In this document: piece after piece, positions 27,068-40,185 of the stretch
Layout: each line of letters opens with the position of its first letter
How positions within the stretch are numbered: position 1 is the stretch's first letter
Assembly (NCBI GenBank): GCA_951406725.2
Contig: OX597815.1
Coordinates: forward strand, 160,642,001-160,706,000
DNA from: Octopus vulgaris
Lineage: Eukaryota
Reading direction: 5' to 3'
DNA length: 64,000 bases
Made by a program: the position numbers and the translations under genes
The notes under the pieces: generated by a model
What the model was told of the DNA's origin: nothing
What the model saw: only the letters and a program-made list of their open reading frames with translations
Databases searched by the model: none

Positions 27068-30000
27068 ATAAGAGAAAGAAGAAAGATCCCGAAACGGGAG
27101 GACAGAGGAAAAAAAATTGCAGGTCGTCTTCACGAGGTCACATACTGAAAAGACGGAAGTAGTAAAAAAGGAGGAAAATGTTTTTAAAAACAGGAGAGCT
27201 GAATCAATGAGGGAATGGTAAAAAAGGTGTTGCGAGATGACGGTGTGTGAGTGTGCGTGTATGTGTATGTGTGTGTATGGTGGACAATGGCTAGTAGCAA
27301 GCAGTAGTAGAATTAAAGGAGTGGTGTGGGGGTACCCTAGCAAGTCAGAAAGGCAGATCAGAAGCAGGGAGGTATGTGTGTGTGCGTGCGTATGTATGTG
27401 TGTGTATGTGTGTGTATGGTGGACAATGGCTAGTAGCGGGCAGTAGTAGAATTAAAGGAGTGATGTGGGGTACCCTAGCAAGTCGGAAAGGCAGATCAGA
27501 AACAGGGAGGTATGTGTGTGTGCGTGTGTATGTATGTGTGAGTGTGTGCGTGTGCGTGTGTGTATGTGTGTGTGAGGCGTGATAAAAAAACAGAAAATAT
27601 GTATATGTTAGTGCGTGCGGGGCGGGAAAGGGTGGGGGCGTATGTAACGTGCCAGTGTGTGTGTTGAGTGGTAGTGTGTGTATATGTCCAGCGTGCGTAG
27701 TTGTGTGTGTGGCAAGTAAATTTGAAGTGTGTGTAAGTGTAATGTGTATATATATGCAAATGTGTGTGTGTGAGTGGGTGTGTGTGTGTGTGTGCGTGTG
27801 TGTACAAAAGGGGGGGTTTAAGGGAAAAGAACTGCAGCGAAGGGGGGAGGGAGAGGAGGGGAAAATGGAAGAGTGGTCCCGCGGCGACAGGCGTGGGAGA
27901 ACCCAAAGACAACGCGCCGGCCCCAGATACGGACAGGAGATCCGGTCGGTCAACCATGAGCGTGGTGCAAGCGTGCGTGTATGCGTGCGCGAACGCGCAC
28001 AAGCGAGCATGTGCGCGCGCCTGCGATTGCGTGTGTGAGTATGTATGTGTGTGGATGTGTGAGTGTGTCTGTGTGTAAGTCTGAGTGTCAGTGTGTCCGA
28101 TGAATGTATGTAAGTATGTGTGTGTGTATATGTGTGTGTATAGATGTATGTCCGTGTGTGTGTGTGTGTGTGTGTATGAGTGTGTATGTATGTACGTGTG
28201 TGTGTGTGGAAGTGTGTGTATGTGCATGTGTGTGCGCGTACATGCAGGTGTGTGAGTGAGTGTGTGTGTGTGTATGTGTGTGTGAGTGTGTATGTCTATG
28301 TGTGTAGGATGCATGTATGTGTATGGGTGTATGTATGTGTGTGTGTATGTATGTATTTGTACGTGCGTGTGTATGTGTGTGCATGTATGCGTACATGCGT
28401 GTAGGTGTGCGCGTGTGCGTGCATGCATGTGTGTGCGTATGTGTGTGTGTGTGTGTGTGGTTGTGCATGTGTGTAGGTATATATGTATGTGCGTATATGT
28501 GTGTGTATGTGCGTACATGTGTGTGTGTGTATGCATGTGTGTGTATGTAGGTGTGTAGGCGTGGGTGTATAGGTGTATGTATGTAAGTATGTATGGGTGT
28601 GTCCGTGTATGTGTGTGTATGCATGTGTGTGTATGTAGGTGTGTAGGCGTGTGTGTGTGTGTATGTATGTGTGCGTGTGCGTGTATATGTTGGTGTGTGT
28701 GTATGTGAGTGTGAGTGTAGGGGTGTTTGTCATGCATGTGTGTGCGCGTGCAGGTGAGTGTGTGTGTAAGTATGTGTGTGTGTATGTATGTGTGAGTGTG
28801 TATGTGTGTATGTCTGTGTGTATGTATGTGCGTATAGGAGTATGTAAGTATGTGTATGTGTGTGGGTGTATGTATGTATGTATGTGTGTGTGTGTGCATG
28901 TGTGTAAGTTTATGTGTGTGTGCGTATGTATGTGTGTGTGTGTGTTTATGTATGTGTGTAGGCGTGTGTGTATAGGTGTATGCATGTATGGGTGTGTGTC
29001 TGTGAGTGTTTGTGTGTGTGTGTAGGTATGTGTGTATGTATGAGTGAAGGTATGGCTGTGTAGGTGTGTGTGTGTATGAATGTAAGTGTGTGTGTGTACA
29101 AGTGTAATGTATGTATGTAGGTGTGTGTGTGTGTATGTGTGCGTGTGCGTGTGTATGTGTGTGTGTGTATGCGTGTGAGTGTGAGTGTATGGGTGTATGT
29201 CTGTGTGTGTGTATGTCTGAAGTAGTATGTGTAGGTATGTGTGTGTATGTATGTGTGAGGTGTGTGTGTGTATGAATGTAAGTGTGTGTGTGTACAAGTG
29301 TAATGTATGTATGTGGGTGTGTGTGTGTGTGTGTGTGCGTGTGTATGTGTGTGTGTGTATGCGTGTGGGTGTGAGTGTATGGGTATGTCTGTGTGTGTGT
29401 ATGTCTGAAGTAGGTATGTGTGTGTATGTATGTGTGTGTGTGCGCAGGTATGTGTGTGTGTATGTGTGTGTGTAAGTGTGTGTGTGAGTAGGTGTGCGTG
29501 TATGTGTGTGGGTAGGGATGCATGCGTGTGTGTGGGTATGTATGTATACATACGCACGCACACAACCGAAGCACGCCCACACACACGAAGCGCGCTCGCA
29601 CACACAACACACAAACAATACAACGCAAGCCCATGGGGCCGACCAACCCCCGTCACGCGCCAAGGCGTGCGCGCGCGGAGGCCCCCGAACAACCCGCTCC
29701 ACGGGAACCGAGGATCCATCAACCAAAACTAGAAAGCAGAAAAAAAGGGGGGGCTGCCTGGGTGCGAATAGGTGTATGTGTGTGTGCATTCGTGTAAAGG
29801 TGTACATGTGTGGGTATGTGTGTATGTATGTGTGTGTGCGTACATGTATGTGTGCATGTGTGTGTGTGTATGTAAGTATAGGTGTGTGAAGTATGTATGT
29901 GCGATGTGTGTGTGTGTGTATGTATGTGTGTGTGTATGTATGTATGTATGTCTGTGTGTGTGTGTGTGTGTGTAAGTATGTATGTGTGTGTGTATGTATG

Positions 30001-30185
30001 TATGTGTGTATGTATGTGCGTGTTGGTTTGTATGTTAGTGTGTGCATGTGTGTCTGTAAGTATGTGTGATTAGATGTATGAATGCGTGTACGTAGATGTG
30101 TATCCGTATGTGTGTGTTTGAACAGGCGTGTGGGATGTAGGTAGGTGTGTGTGTGGGGGGGTGTTTATCCGAGAAAAAAAAAAAA

Positions 30186-31247
30186 CCTAGGAGGAGGGGG
30201 CTGTGTTAAGTCCGTGTGGGGTAGTGGTTTGTAGGGTGAAGATGTAGCGTTGCTCCAAGTGGAGCCTAGAAAGAGGACGGCCATTGTGGGGGGGGCGAGA
30301 CCAAACACTGAGATGTCATCTAGGGAATGGCTGGCCGAGCGGAAGTGGCGTGCGATAGGAGAAAGAGAGTGTAGGCGAACGTCCCTCAAATGTTCTGTGA
30401 ATCGATCGGACAACCGGCGTCCCGTCTGTCCTACATACAGCATCCCGCATAGGTTGCATTTAATGCAGTAAATGAGGCCAGACGAGGAGCACGTAAAAGA
30501 GTGCCTAATACGTACAGTGCGCCGGTTGGAGCCGGTGACAGCAGTGGTGTTGGTGATGAAGGGGCAAGTGTTGCAGCGGGATCTAGAGCAAGGGAATGAT
30601 CCGTGTGGGGCTGAGGGGGAAGGAGAGAGGGTGCTGTGGACCAGGAGGTCCCGTAGATTACGGGCTCGTTTGAAGGAGGACAGGGGTGGGTTAGGGAAAA
30701 TGGGGCGGGTTGTGGGATCAAGCTGGAGGCGACGGAAGGCACGTAGTATCTTGCGACGAAGGGGTAGGGTAGAGGGGTGGAAAAGGATGGGGAAGGGGGT
30801 GCGGTTGGGGTGGGGGGGGAAGGAGACAGGGCGGTGGTGCTGTCGATGCGTCGGGCGCGGGTGAGAGCATTAGAGATGAGTATGGGTGGGTAACCTCGGA
30901 GTCTGAACAGGCGGGCCAGGTATTGAGATTGGGTCTCGAAATCCTGGTCGCGGCTGCACAAACGTCGGAGGCGGAGGAACTGGGAGTAGGGGATGGCTCG
31001 TTTGGTGTGGAAGGGGTGGGAGGAGGAGAAGTTGAGATAGAGGTGGGAATCCGTAGGTTTAAAGAAGGCGGAGGTGGTGAGAGAGTTGGAGGGGTGGTCG
31101 ATTCGGAGAGAGATGTCAAGGAAGTTGACAGAGGTGTTGGAGATGGTGGAGGTGAATTGAAGAGAGGGGTGAAAGTTGGAAAGGAAAGAGATGAATTGGC
31201 AGAGGAGTTCGCGGGAAAGGGAGGTGGCACCTATGCAGTCGTCTATA
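30186..31247 (-). pseudogene. PLE reverse transcriptase (from IDD) + Cys linker + GIY-YIG endonuclease, frameshifted
   Basis: IDDCIGA..NFHPSLQFT..VNFLDISL..KPTDSHLYLNFSSSHP..IPYSQFLRLRRLCS..RGYP; CSRSRCNTC linker; IYCIKCNLCGMLYVGQTGRRLSDRFTEH. Confidence 0.9.
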
Positions 31248-31530
31248 TTATATAAGTAGGTGAATGAATTATCCTATGTTTATCGTCAGCATGGAAAATT
31301 CGTTTAACCGAAACCTAGGTAGCAAATTTACGTCAGAAAACACGGTTGAAGCGACCTGTCAAGGGTAGAAACTCCGGTTTCTTGTGTAGAAATTTGTGTG
31401 TTGTATATGAATGAATGAAAGAATGGAGTCGAACGAAGATGTTAACACAATTGTCGAGAGTAAAGGAATTTTGTTAACATGTTCGTTCGACTCCATTCTT
31501 TCATCCATTCATATATATATATACACATAC

Positions 31531-31742
31531 TCTTTTACTTGTTTCAGTCATTTGAATGTAGGCATGCTGGAGCACCGCCTTTAGTCAAGTAAATCAACGC
31601 CAGGACTTATTCTTTTTAAGCCTAGTACTTATTCTATAGGTCTCTTTTGCCGAACCGCTAAGTTACGGGGACGTAAACACACCACCATCGGTTGTCAAGC
31701 GATGCTGGGGGGACAAACACAGACACACAAACATGCACACAC

Positions 31743-31777
<35 letters not shown>

Positions 31778-31940
31778 CGACGGGCTTCTTTCAGTTTCCG
31801 TCTACCAAATCCACTCACAAGGCTTTGGTCGGCCCGAGGCTATAGTAGAAGATACTTGCCCAAGGTGCCACGCACTGGGACTGAACCCGGAACCATGTGG
31901 TTCGTAAGCAAGCTACTTACCACATAGCCACTCCTACGTC
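31531..31940 (-). mobile_element. SINE family B copy
   Basis: Reverse complement of the family B head, core and tail. Confidence 0.9.
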
Positions 31941-32131
31941 TATATATATATATACATATTTCTGTGTGAGTTTGAGGTTGAGAAACCAACTAAGGGATAG
32001 TACCTATCCAATATATTGCTGGTAGTGTACCCAGTTGTTCATACCCAAGTGCTAGTTATTGCGGGGCAATCTTGCAATTGAGTGTTATATATGGGTGGTG
32101 GTAAATAGTGGTTTACCCTTAATTTATATGC

Positions 32132-32966
32132 CAAATAAGAAACTAAATGGATACAAAATGGAGTGCCATCAGCTGGTAAACAGTATGTCTATTTATTCCA
32201 ATGTATTAGAATGCATTAGACGAATACATACACATTTATTAGTACTACAGTATATCTTTATATATAAAAGAGAGGTTGTGTGTCTGTCTACTCCGATTTA
32301 GATTCCTAACTACTCCCACATTTTGCGGTGCAGTTTAACCAAAACCGGGTATCTTATAGTCGTGATTCATATCGAGCCCTTCTGAGTATTAGCGCGCGTC
32401 TACGATGAGTCTACAATTTTAAAAATAATTTACCACCATTTTTTTTCCATTTTAATGCGTATTTTTTAAATAAAGGGAAGTAACTCTCTAAAAATGTCTA
32501 CGATGAGTCAACGATTTAAAAAAAAATTACCATATTTTTTTTTCCATTTTTAATGCATTTTTTGGCTATAACTCTCTAAAAATGCTTTATAGTTATTTCC
32601 CTTACAAACCCGAGCAACGCCGGGCGATACTGCTAGTCAAATATAAAGAATTGGCTATTGCAAGAACAAGGCTGTGGAAGCATATAATGATATAGGAACA
32701 GGTGATTGAATGACTACATGATCAAATGAGCAGATTGTCAGTAGGTGCTAGTTTGACAATTTGCTCATGTACTCATTCAATCACCTGCTCCTATATGATT
32801 ATATTCTTCCACGCCCTTGTTCTTGCAATAACCAATTCTTTATATTTGATGTGCTGTACTACTAATAAATGTGTATGCATTCTAATACATTGGAATAAAT
32901 GAGACATATTGGACTGTTTACCAACTGATGTCTGTCCATTTTGTATCCTCTCCACTTTCTTATTTG
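32132..32966. repeat. Long imperfect palindrome interrupted by a Helitron
   Basis: 32132-32254 + 32637-32740 is the reverse complement of ~32754-32966. Confidence 0.85.
32255..32636 (+). mobile_element. Non-autonomous Helitron, copy 3
   Basis: A|TCTTTATATATAAAAG ... CCCGAGCAACGCCGGGCGATACTGCTAG|T, no TSD. Confidence 0.9.
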
Positions 32967-32968
32967 CC

Positions 32969-33002
<34 letters not shown>

Positions 33003-33012
<10 letters not shown>

Positions 33013-33139
33013 ATTTTTTGCGTAATAAGATAAAAAAAAAACACCAAGGCTGTATAGATATTAGAGCATATCTATAAATGCTCTAATATCTATACAGTCT
33101 TGGGTTTTTTTTATCGTATTACGCAAAAATTCTTATATA
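33003..33139. repeat. Palindrome with ~60-bp arms
   Basis: TTTTTGCGTAATAAGATAAAA..GCTGTATAGATATTAGAGCAT / ATGCTCTAATATCTATACAGTC..TTATCGTATTACGCAAAAA. Confidence 0.85.
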
Positions 33140-33266
33140 CACACGCTGACATAGAACCAGCGTTGAACCCTTTATTCGCAATATTACCGAATCTGGAACT
33201 TAATTATAGTCTGTCTATAGCACTTATTCAGCATTACCTGACACCTTTGGGTCTCAATGACACCAT

Positions 33267-33336
<70 letters not shown>

Positions 33337-33340
<4 letters not shown>

Positions 33341-33794
33341 TTCTTAAGGAAAAACAGACCAGTGGTGTAATTATTGATGGAAAAATGTAACTTTGAGCAT
33401 TCTAATGTCATTAAAAGCTACCCAGTTGATCAGAGGATTCCAGCTTGAAATTAGATATAAGGCCACATTCAATAGATTATTTAAATGATGCTAGAATTTG
33501 GTGGATTGCGACATTTGCATAGATGTTGGATACTGAGTATTAAGTGTGGGGTTGCAATGATTAATGACTGACTCTGCAATCCCACACTTATTACTCAGTA
33601 TCCAACATCTATGCAAATATCGTAATTCACCAAATTCTAGCATCGTTTAAATAATCTATTGAATGTGGCCTTATTTCTAATTTCCAGCTGGAATCCTCTG
33701 ACCAACTGGATAGCTTTTGATGACATTAGAATGCTCAAAGTTACATATTTCCATCAATAATTACACCACTGGTCTGTTTCTCCTTAAGAACTCA
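33337..33794. repeat. Palindrome with ~220-bp arms and ~18-nt spacer
   Basis: 33337-33557 is the near-perfect reverse complement of ~33575-33794. Confidence 0.9.
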
Positions 33795-34639
33795 CACTTA
33801 AATGAGACACTTTAACGACGTGATGACGTAGGAGGACTCTATTTGGTTACTGAACTTGCTAGCAACTACGTCAGCTTCAAAGCAACGTTAGATAATTTAG
33901 TCGTAGTCATTTCACAAAAGACGTGATGGTTAAGGCTGGAATATCTTTGGTTATGTGTTCCATCCTGGTTGACCAATAGTTAAAACAATATTTATTTCAA
34001 ATAAGGAAGCTAACTGACAGAATCGTTTGTACGCCGGACAAAACGCTTTGTGACATTTCATCCGTATTTACGTTCTTCTGTGTTCAAATTCCGCCGGGTC
34101 GATAAAATAAGTACCAGTGAAGCACTAGGGTCGATGTGATCGATCAAGCACCCCTCCCTCCCCCCGAATTTGCTGGCCTTGTGCCAAAATTTGAAACCTA
34201 TGTTTGATTTGAATATTTGGTTTCAAACAGCGAGGCGGCAAAATGGTAGTCTTTGGGACGTCTTTAGGTATTTGTTCCGGTTCTCTCCGCTGTGATTTCA
34301 GATTACGTCAAGGACAACTTTCGAGTGCATTAAAACAATATTACAAATCCAGGACAATAGGTTGGTTGAAATAAACTAGATGTTTTACTGCACCAGTCTC
34401 CTCTCCACTCTCAGCGTTTGGACAACAACGCTTGCGACAACCCTGGTTTGGGAAATGAGGCTTGTATCATGAGCAACGGCTAGTTTTCCACAAAACCCTT
34501 GATCGGGCCTGCACTGTCAAGCATGTACAAACACATGATCGACCAAAATTAATGGACGGAGGCTTTAGCCCAAATAGTGGAATATGTTTTATGCCGTGAG
34601 GAAGAAGTTTAACACTTTGAACGTTTTTCAAAGAGAAAG

Positions 34640-35460
34640 AGAGAGATGATCTTAACATTACTACGCAAATCACACACAGTAGAGGTCCTAACACAACAAT
34701 ACAAATTACAAAGAGTACAGGTCCTATGCTTGGACTATTATTGACTACTATTCTATTACTTTACCTATGTTCGCGACGAAGACTGTGTAGTTAACCTTAA
34801 GGACGATTTGCTCAATGACTTTGCTTAAGGTGAAGATGAGTTGCGCACTGTCAGCTTTACTCTCTCTTCCGTGACTATCTTCAATCCACTGACAAACCCA
34901 TATCAAGATGGCTGCGGACAGAAACGAATGCAGTCGATGACCAAGATGTCTATCGGATAACCCTTTTGAAAATATTATATGCATAAAAAAAAACAAACTT
35001 GTCTTTTACTTTCTAAAAAGTAAATGATTTGAACCTGAATATATTTTGATACTCTAAAATAACTTCAGTATATTCTACTACTGGATATTGACCAGCCTAA
35101 TATCTTCTGCCATCACTGGTATCGTAAACCTATCTACTTCTTTAATAAACGTTCATTTATTTTTAAATGTTCGAACTCAGATTCTCGTGTCATGTCTTCT
35201 TTTCACCTCTTCAACTGTCATACTCAGCACTTCAAAACAACACAACCACTTGAATTTGTTCACTATGTACTTTGTACTTGCTTCGATGTCTTCAGCTACT
35301 TGTACAGCAGTTTTCTCCTTGCAGTCCATCCTTGTCAGAACCACTCGGTTCTCAGACATTATTCCTTCTACGTGTTTCTGCAGTTCGCCTACCATAAGCT
35401 CTTTAAACAACATAATAATTGCATTAATTTCCCGTAACCTCTGATCTGAGAAACCTGTCA
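34640..35460 (-). pseudogene. Very old CR1/L2-like LINE relic (possible APE endonuclease and RT traces)
   Basis: SIGPVLFVICI and LGPLLCVICV resemble GSVLGPLLFLIYI; LSKVIEQIV resembles LSKVLEKIV; weak similarity only. Confidence 0.3.
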
Positions 35461-37164
35461 TTGACTGTCTATGGATGAAACGTTTTTAGATTATATTCAT
35501 CGGAAAAGAAAAATAAAAAAAAAATATAGGACTTTTGAAGTGGATGCCTTCTGTTTCGTTGACGAATTTTTTGTGTCTATCAGTGCAATGTGACATATGT
35601 GCGTGTCCGTCCAATGTACACTAGCGAAGAATATAAACATTGGCGAAAGAACGAGAAAACTGTGCTTTGGAAACGAAGTCTCTTGAAGTAGGTCTTTTTT
35701 TTAATTTTCTTTATTTTTTTCTGTATAGTGTTATTGACTCTTCTTTCTCATTCTTGCCGTTAGAAAACCTGTGACTAATGACTGTTGTTCGCAAAATGAA
35801 ATAAATGTCTTTTGAACTACTTCTCTATGCCATCATGTCGTTAGGCTGTTATTAATGAGTACACTGTTGATAATGCCATTTCTTTCATTATTAATGTGGC
35901 ATAATAGATACAGCTTGTTGCATTGTTACTCTAAAAAAAATGTATCCCTAGCATATTCTAGCATATTTAACAGTTATATATTACATACAGCTGTTTACAG
36001 CAAAAATATATACATGATAAGCTATTCTCTTTGTTAATATCATAACTCAACTAAACAGCTTAAATAACTACCCATGGATATCATTTTCGACGTGTAGAAT
36101 ATTTCTCTGTGGAACTACTCTGAGATTTGTTCGTCGAGAAAGTCTAATTCTTTAGACTAATTTTAACATGTTATAATCCCTCCAGCCTTTAAGAAACAAA
36201 CTAAAGAATCAAGTTGGCAACATTCATTGTTGCCATGCTTGTAAATAGAAAACCGTTAACCTTGTTATCATTCCTTTGAAAAGACGTGAATTTTTTCTTT
36301 CACTCAACATTTTGTCCTTTTCACAATTTCTCCGTGTCACTGATAAGGCGAAAATGTGTTTCTTATGTCGACATAAGGTCACACATTTAAGGGGAATACA
36401 AAAGGAGGAGCGATATTAAAAGTACTTTTCTTTTGTCATTGAAACAAATTTCATGAAGCGACGAATCACAAACGTTATCTGAAGTGTTGATATCAATGTT
36501 AATACTGTAAATGGATTGGAAGGTATTGATTATTTTTTCCTTATTCGAGGGTTGTTTCATATATATTTCTTAGCCTAATGCAATAGTCTTTATTTATAAA
36601 GAACGCCGAAGAGTCTGCGACCTAGTTTTCATTTCTATGTAAGACTTTCAATTACAAACGTACACTTGAAGGCATAAATGTCAAATAATTTTGGCTCCTG
36701 TTCCTCATAAATTTGACTCTTTATTTTTATACAAGAAATCGGTGTTACTCATCCAGTTAATTTGATCATAATATCATGATAGATGAATATTTTTCATAAT
36801 TTAAAAAGTATAACTTTCGTTATCGGGAAGAATAATGATAGAAAGAACATTAGTATTGAACAGTTGTTTTTGGTCTCTAGCACATTCTTGATATGTTGTC
36901 AGACTCAAGTTTCAAAACATCATTTCTTGTTAAATTATATTCCACTATCACGTGAAAAGTGCTCTAAGGTGAAGTTACTTCGTGGCTGCATACATATGTG
37001 TCGCTAGTGTAGACTTACAAATCATAAACAAAGATGTTACTAACTTTATATATTCTTAACAGTTTTATGATTTATGTGTTGTGTTTTAATTTGCAATATG
37101 GTGTCGAAATTTTCGTCGCTTGAAACTGTGAGCTGCTCACTAAGAAAGAAAATTGCGCAGCAAT

Positions 37165-37721
37165 ATATATAAAGGAGCAAAACGGCCTCGCCCAATAGAC
37201 GGTGCTGAATCATATCTGCTGAATAAAAAGCAATCAGTGTTTTCTTTTCATTAAAAAATAATTAAGCATGCCTTTATTTCAATAAAATTCTTCGTTTTGT
37301 TAAACGAAGTTAAGGCAAAAAAAAAAAACTTCTTGGGAAACCAAATAGTCTTTCCTTCCTTCATGCCAAGTTTGAAGAAAATATCTCTTTTGCATCTTAC
37401 TTTTTTTGTTCGCTTAAATATACTGCATTTTGTGGCATTATTTCAAGCCAGCCGGCTTTTTTTGCGCAAAATGCATGTGTATTTTTCTCGCGTACGCGTA
37501 GTATCGATCGCAACAGCTGATGTACTTGCGCCTACAAATGCACGTTCCTACGGCTTTATCGATCGCATTCTCACCTGGAATCAATTTTTGTAATTTTTTC
37601 AAGATACACGCCCTGATAACGTCGGTATCAACATATCAAATTTGAGTGCAATCGGATGGAAGATGCTCGAGATCCTTGAAGACACACACATAGATAGACA
37701 GAACGGATTTTATATAATAGA
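37165..37721 (-). mobile_element. Degenerate Helitron-like element (different family)
   Basis: Minus-strand start TCTATTATATAAAATCCG..; 3' hairpin and CTAG not intact. Confidence 0.4.
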
Positions 37722-38759
37722 TATATTTTTTGTTCGTTAATAGAAAACTACGTGTAGTCGTATTATCTGGTGCAAATTTTATGAATATTCTGTTTTATAT
37801 GCAAATAAGTAGCCAGTTAATAAAATTAATTACTGGATCGATATAATCGATTTACCTTCACCCCTTCAACGGATCGACTAAAACTAACTGTTCTGTTTTT
37901 AAGCACAAAGCCTGCAGTTTTGAAGGGGTGAAGGTTAGTCGATTACATCGATCCAGTACTTGACGTTCTTTATTTTACTGACCCCGCAAAGGGACGAAAA
38001 GCAAAGATTACTTCGACGCCGTTTGAACTCAGTATAAAACCGCAAGATACCTAAAGGAATTTTTCCGACGCTATAACGATTCTGCCAATCCACTGCCTAA
38101 TCATATTAACTAGCATCAATTACCTGAGACTCTAGAATGCACCGCAAACAAGATTGTAAATCTACTTCCTGTAATCCAGAGGTCATTGGAACACGGAGAA
38201 AATGTCTTGCTCTCTAACTCCAGGTCAACTGCGATCCAGAATATCTACAACCAAAAATAATTTAGCTATGACTATCCTGTTCTTCTTTCGAGTATTGCTT
38301 ATCAAGGACTACTTTATCCAATTGATCTTTTTCTTTCAAGCCGGTTTGGGGTAATCTGAGCGCAAATTTGTTTTCCACTAGTTAGAGATTGAACACGCTC
38401 GTAAGGGCTCTCGGAGATCCGAGAACTTTTGTTGTTGAAGTTTAGTCTCGTGGACACAGTATTATGTCTGTCTGAACCCTAATTCAATAAATCTGTTATG
38501 CAGGGAAATATATTAAAAGAAACTAAGGCAGCGGTACTTCAAATTTTTTAAGCCCTGTAAAAGAACTCGGAAGGTTGGGCCCTCCAGCCAGGCCTTTCGC
38601 GACACCCTTCAAGTCAGGAATTTTTTTCAATATCCCCTCGTATTTATTGATAAGTTGAACAATGAGGGAAGGGTTAAAATTCATTTGATCATCAGAATTC
38701 ATGCGTAAGCTGAGCATTTTGAGACAATGAAGAGGGCAGAATGAACTTTCGAAGACAAA

Positions 38760-39170
38760 AGGAGTGGCTGTGTAGTAAGTAGCTTGCTAACCAACCACAT
38801 GGTTCCGGGTTCAGTCCCACTGCGTGGCATCTTGGGCAAGTGTCTTCTGCTATAGCCCCGGACCGACCAATGCCTTGTAAGTGGATTTGGTAGACGGAAA
38901 CTGAAAGAAGCCTGTCGTATATATGTATATATGTGTATGTGTGTGTGTTTGTGTGTGTGTGTTTGTCCCCTTAGCATCGCTTGACAACCGATGCTGGTGT
39001 GTTTACGTCCCCGTAACTTAGCGGTTCGGCAAAACAGACCGATAGAATAAGTACTGGGCTTACAAAGAATAAGTACTGGGCTTACAAAGAATAAGTCCTG
39101 GGGTCGATTTGCTCGACTAAAGGCGGTGCTCCAGCATGGCCGCAGTCAAATGACTGAAACAAGTAAAAGA
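38760..39170 (+). mobile_element. SINE family B copy with internal ~22-bp duplication
   Basis: Head, core and tail intact; GAATAAGTACTGGGCTTACAAA duplicated. Confidence 0.9.
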
Positions 39171-40143
39171 GAACGACTCCAGCTGGAGTTGAATAATCTA
39201 AAGTTCTTATCGAATGATTCACAAAGTAAATCCTTAAAGATTAGTCAACTTCAACAGCTTCTAATGGTTATGTGCTACACATAAAAAATAATCTATATAC
39301 AGATACACGTAACATTGGCAATAAATACAAATGAATAAATTAGCGAGACAGACATACGTGTGTGTGTGTGTGTGCGTGCGTAAAATTTCCATGACGGGCA
39401 GACGAAATTAAGAAATGAAAAAGTTTAAAACTTTTCTGGCATGGTATACTCCGTTTAATGTCGTTATTTCAGCCCTTGGTTAGCGTGTGTTTATGTGCAT
39501 AATTGTGTGGATGTGTAGATGTGTGTGCGAATGTAATTGTGTTTGTGTGCGTTTCTGTAAGAATGCGTGTTGGTTTTGCGTGATTGATTGAAAATAGATT
39601 TTCTTTGCGGCGTAAATATCGAAGACTTCAAATGAAGTTGGAAAATACTCAAATTCTATTGTTACGTCATAATAACTTATGATGTAATTATATATATATG
39701 TATATATATATATATATATATGCATACATGCTTGCATCAGTGTATATATTAGTATTCGTGAGGATGTGATGTTTTTCTCTCCTACCGTCGTTCATTTCTT
39801 GTCCCCTTTCTTCCTACTTTAAATGGTTGTGTTACTCACAAAGGTAAGTATGTATGTACGTATGTATGTATGTATGTATGTATGTATGTATGTATGTATG
39901 TATGTATGTATGTATGTATGTATGTATGTATGCATGTATGTATGTATGAATATATTAGAGAGTATAACTCCAAACTTACAGGGAAAAATTCAATTTAGTA
40001 TTAAATCAAATTTCACAATATAAATATATAAAATATAAATTAGAGATAAAACCACTATCATGCAACTCTATTATTTGTTTTTTTTTAATGTTTTGGTTTA
40101 TGCCTATCACTGTTTGAGTTGCATAATAGTGGTTTTATCTCTA

Positions 40144-40185
<42 letters not shown>

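Larger units (their letters stand above)
26935..31247 (-). mobile_element. 5'-truncated Penelope-like element (Neptune type) with long CA-rich 3' region and terminal pseudo-LTR
   Basis: RT-GIY-YIG remnant at 30186-31247, ~3 kb (CA)-rich spacer, pLTR with hammerhead at 26935-27230, all on minus strand, ending in (TA)n. Confidence 0.75.

Noticed and set aside
27496-30047. 716-aa and 583-aa His/Thr-rich ORFs
   Set aside because: Arise from CA-rich low-complexity DNA; multiple frames open; no domain
31339-31388. Hammerhead-like ACACGG-TTGAAGC..GAAACTCCGGTTTC-TTGTGT
   Set aside because: Two non-compensatory core changes and poor stems II and III; cannot be supported from this copy
35177-35461. 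Host coding exon (94-aa ORF)
   Set aside because: No clear splice context; better explained as an ancient LINE relic, though not certain
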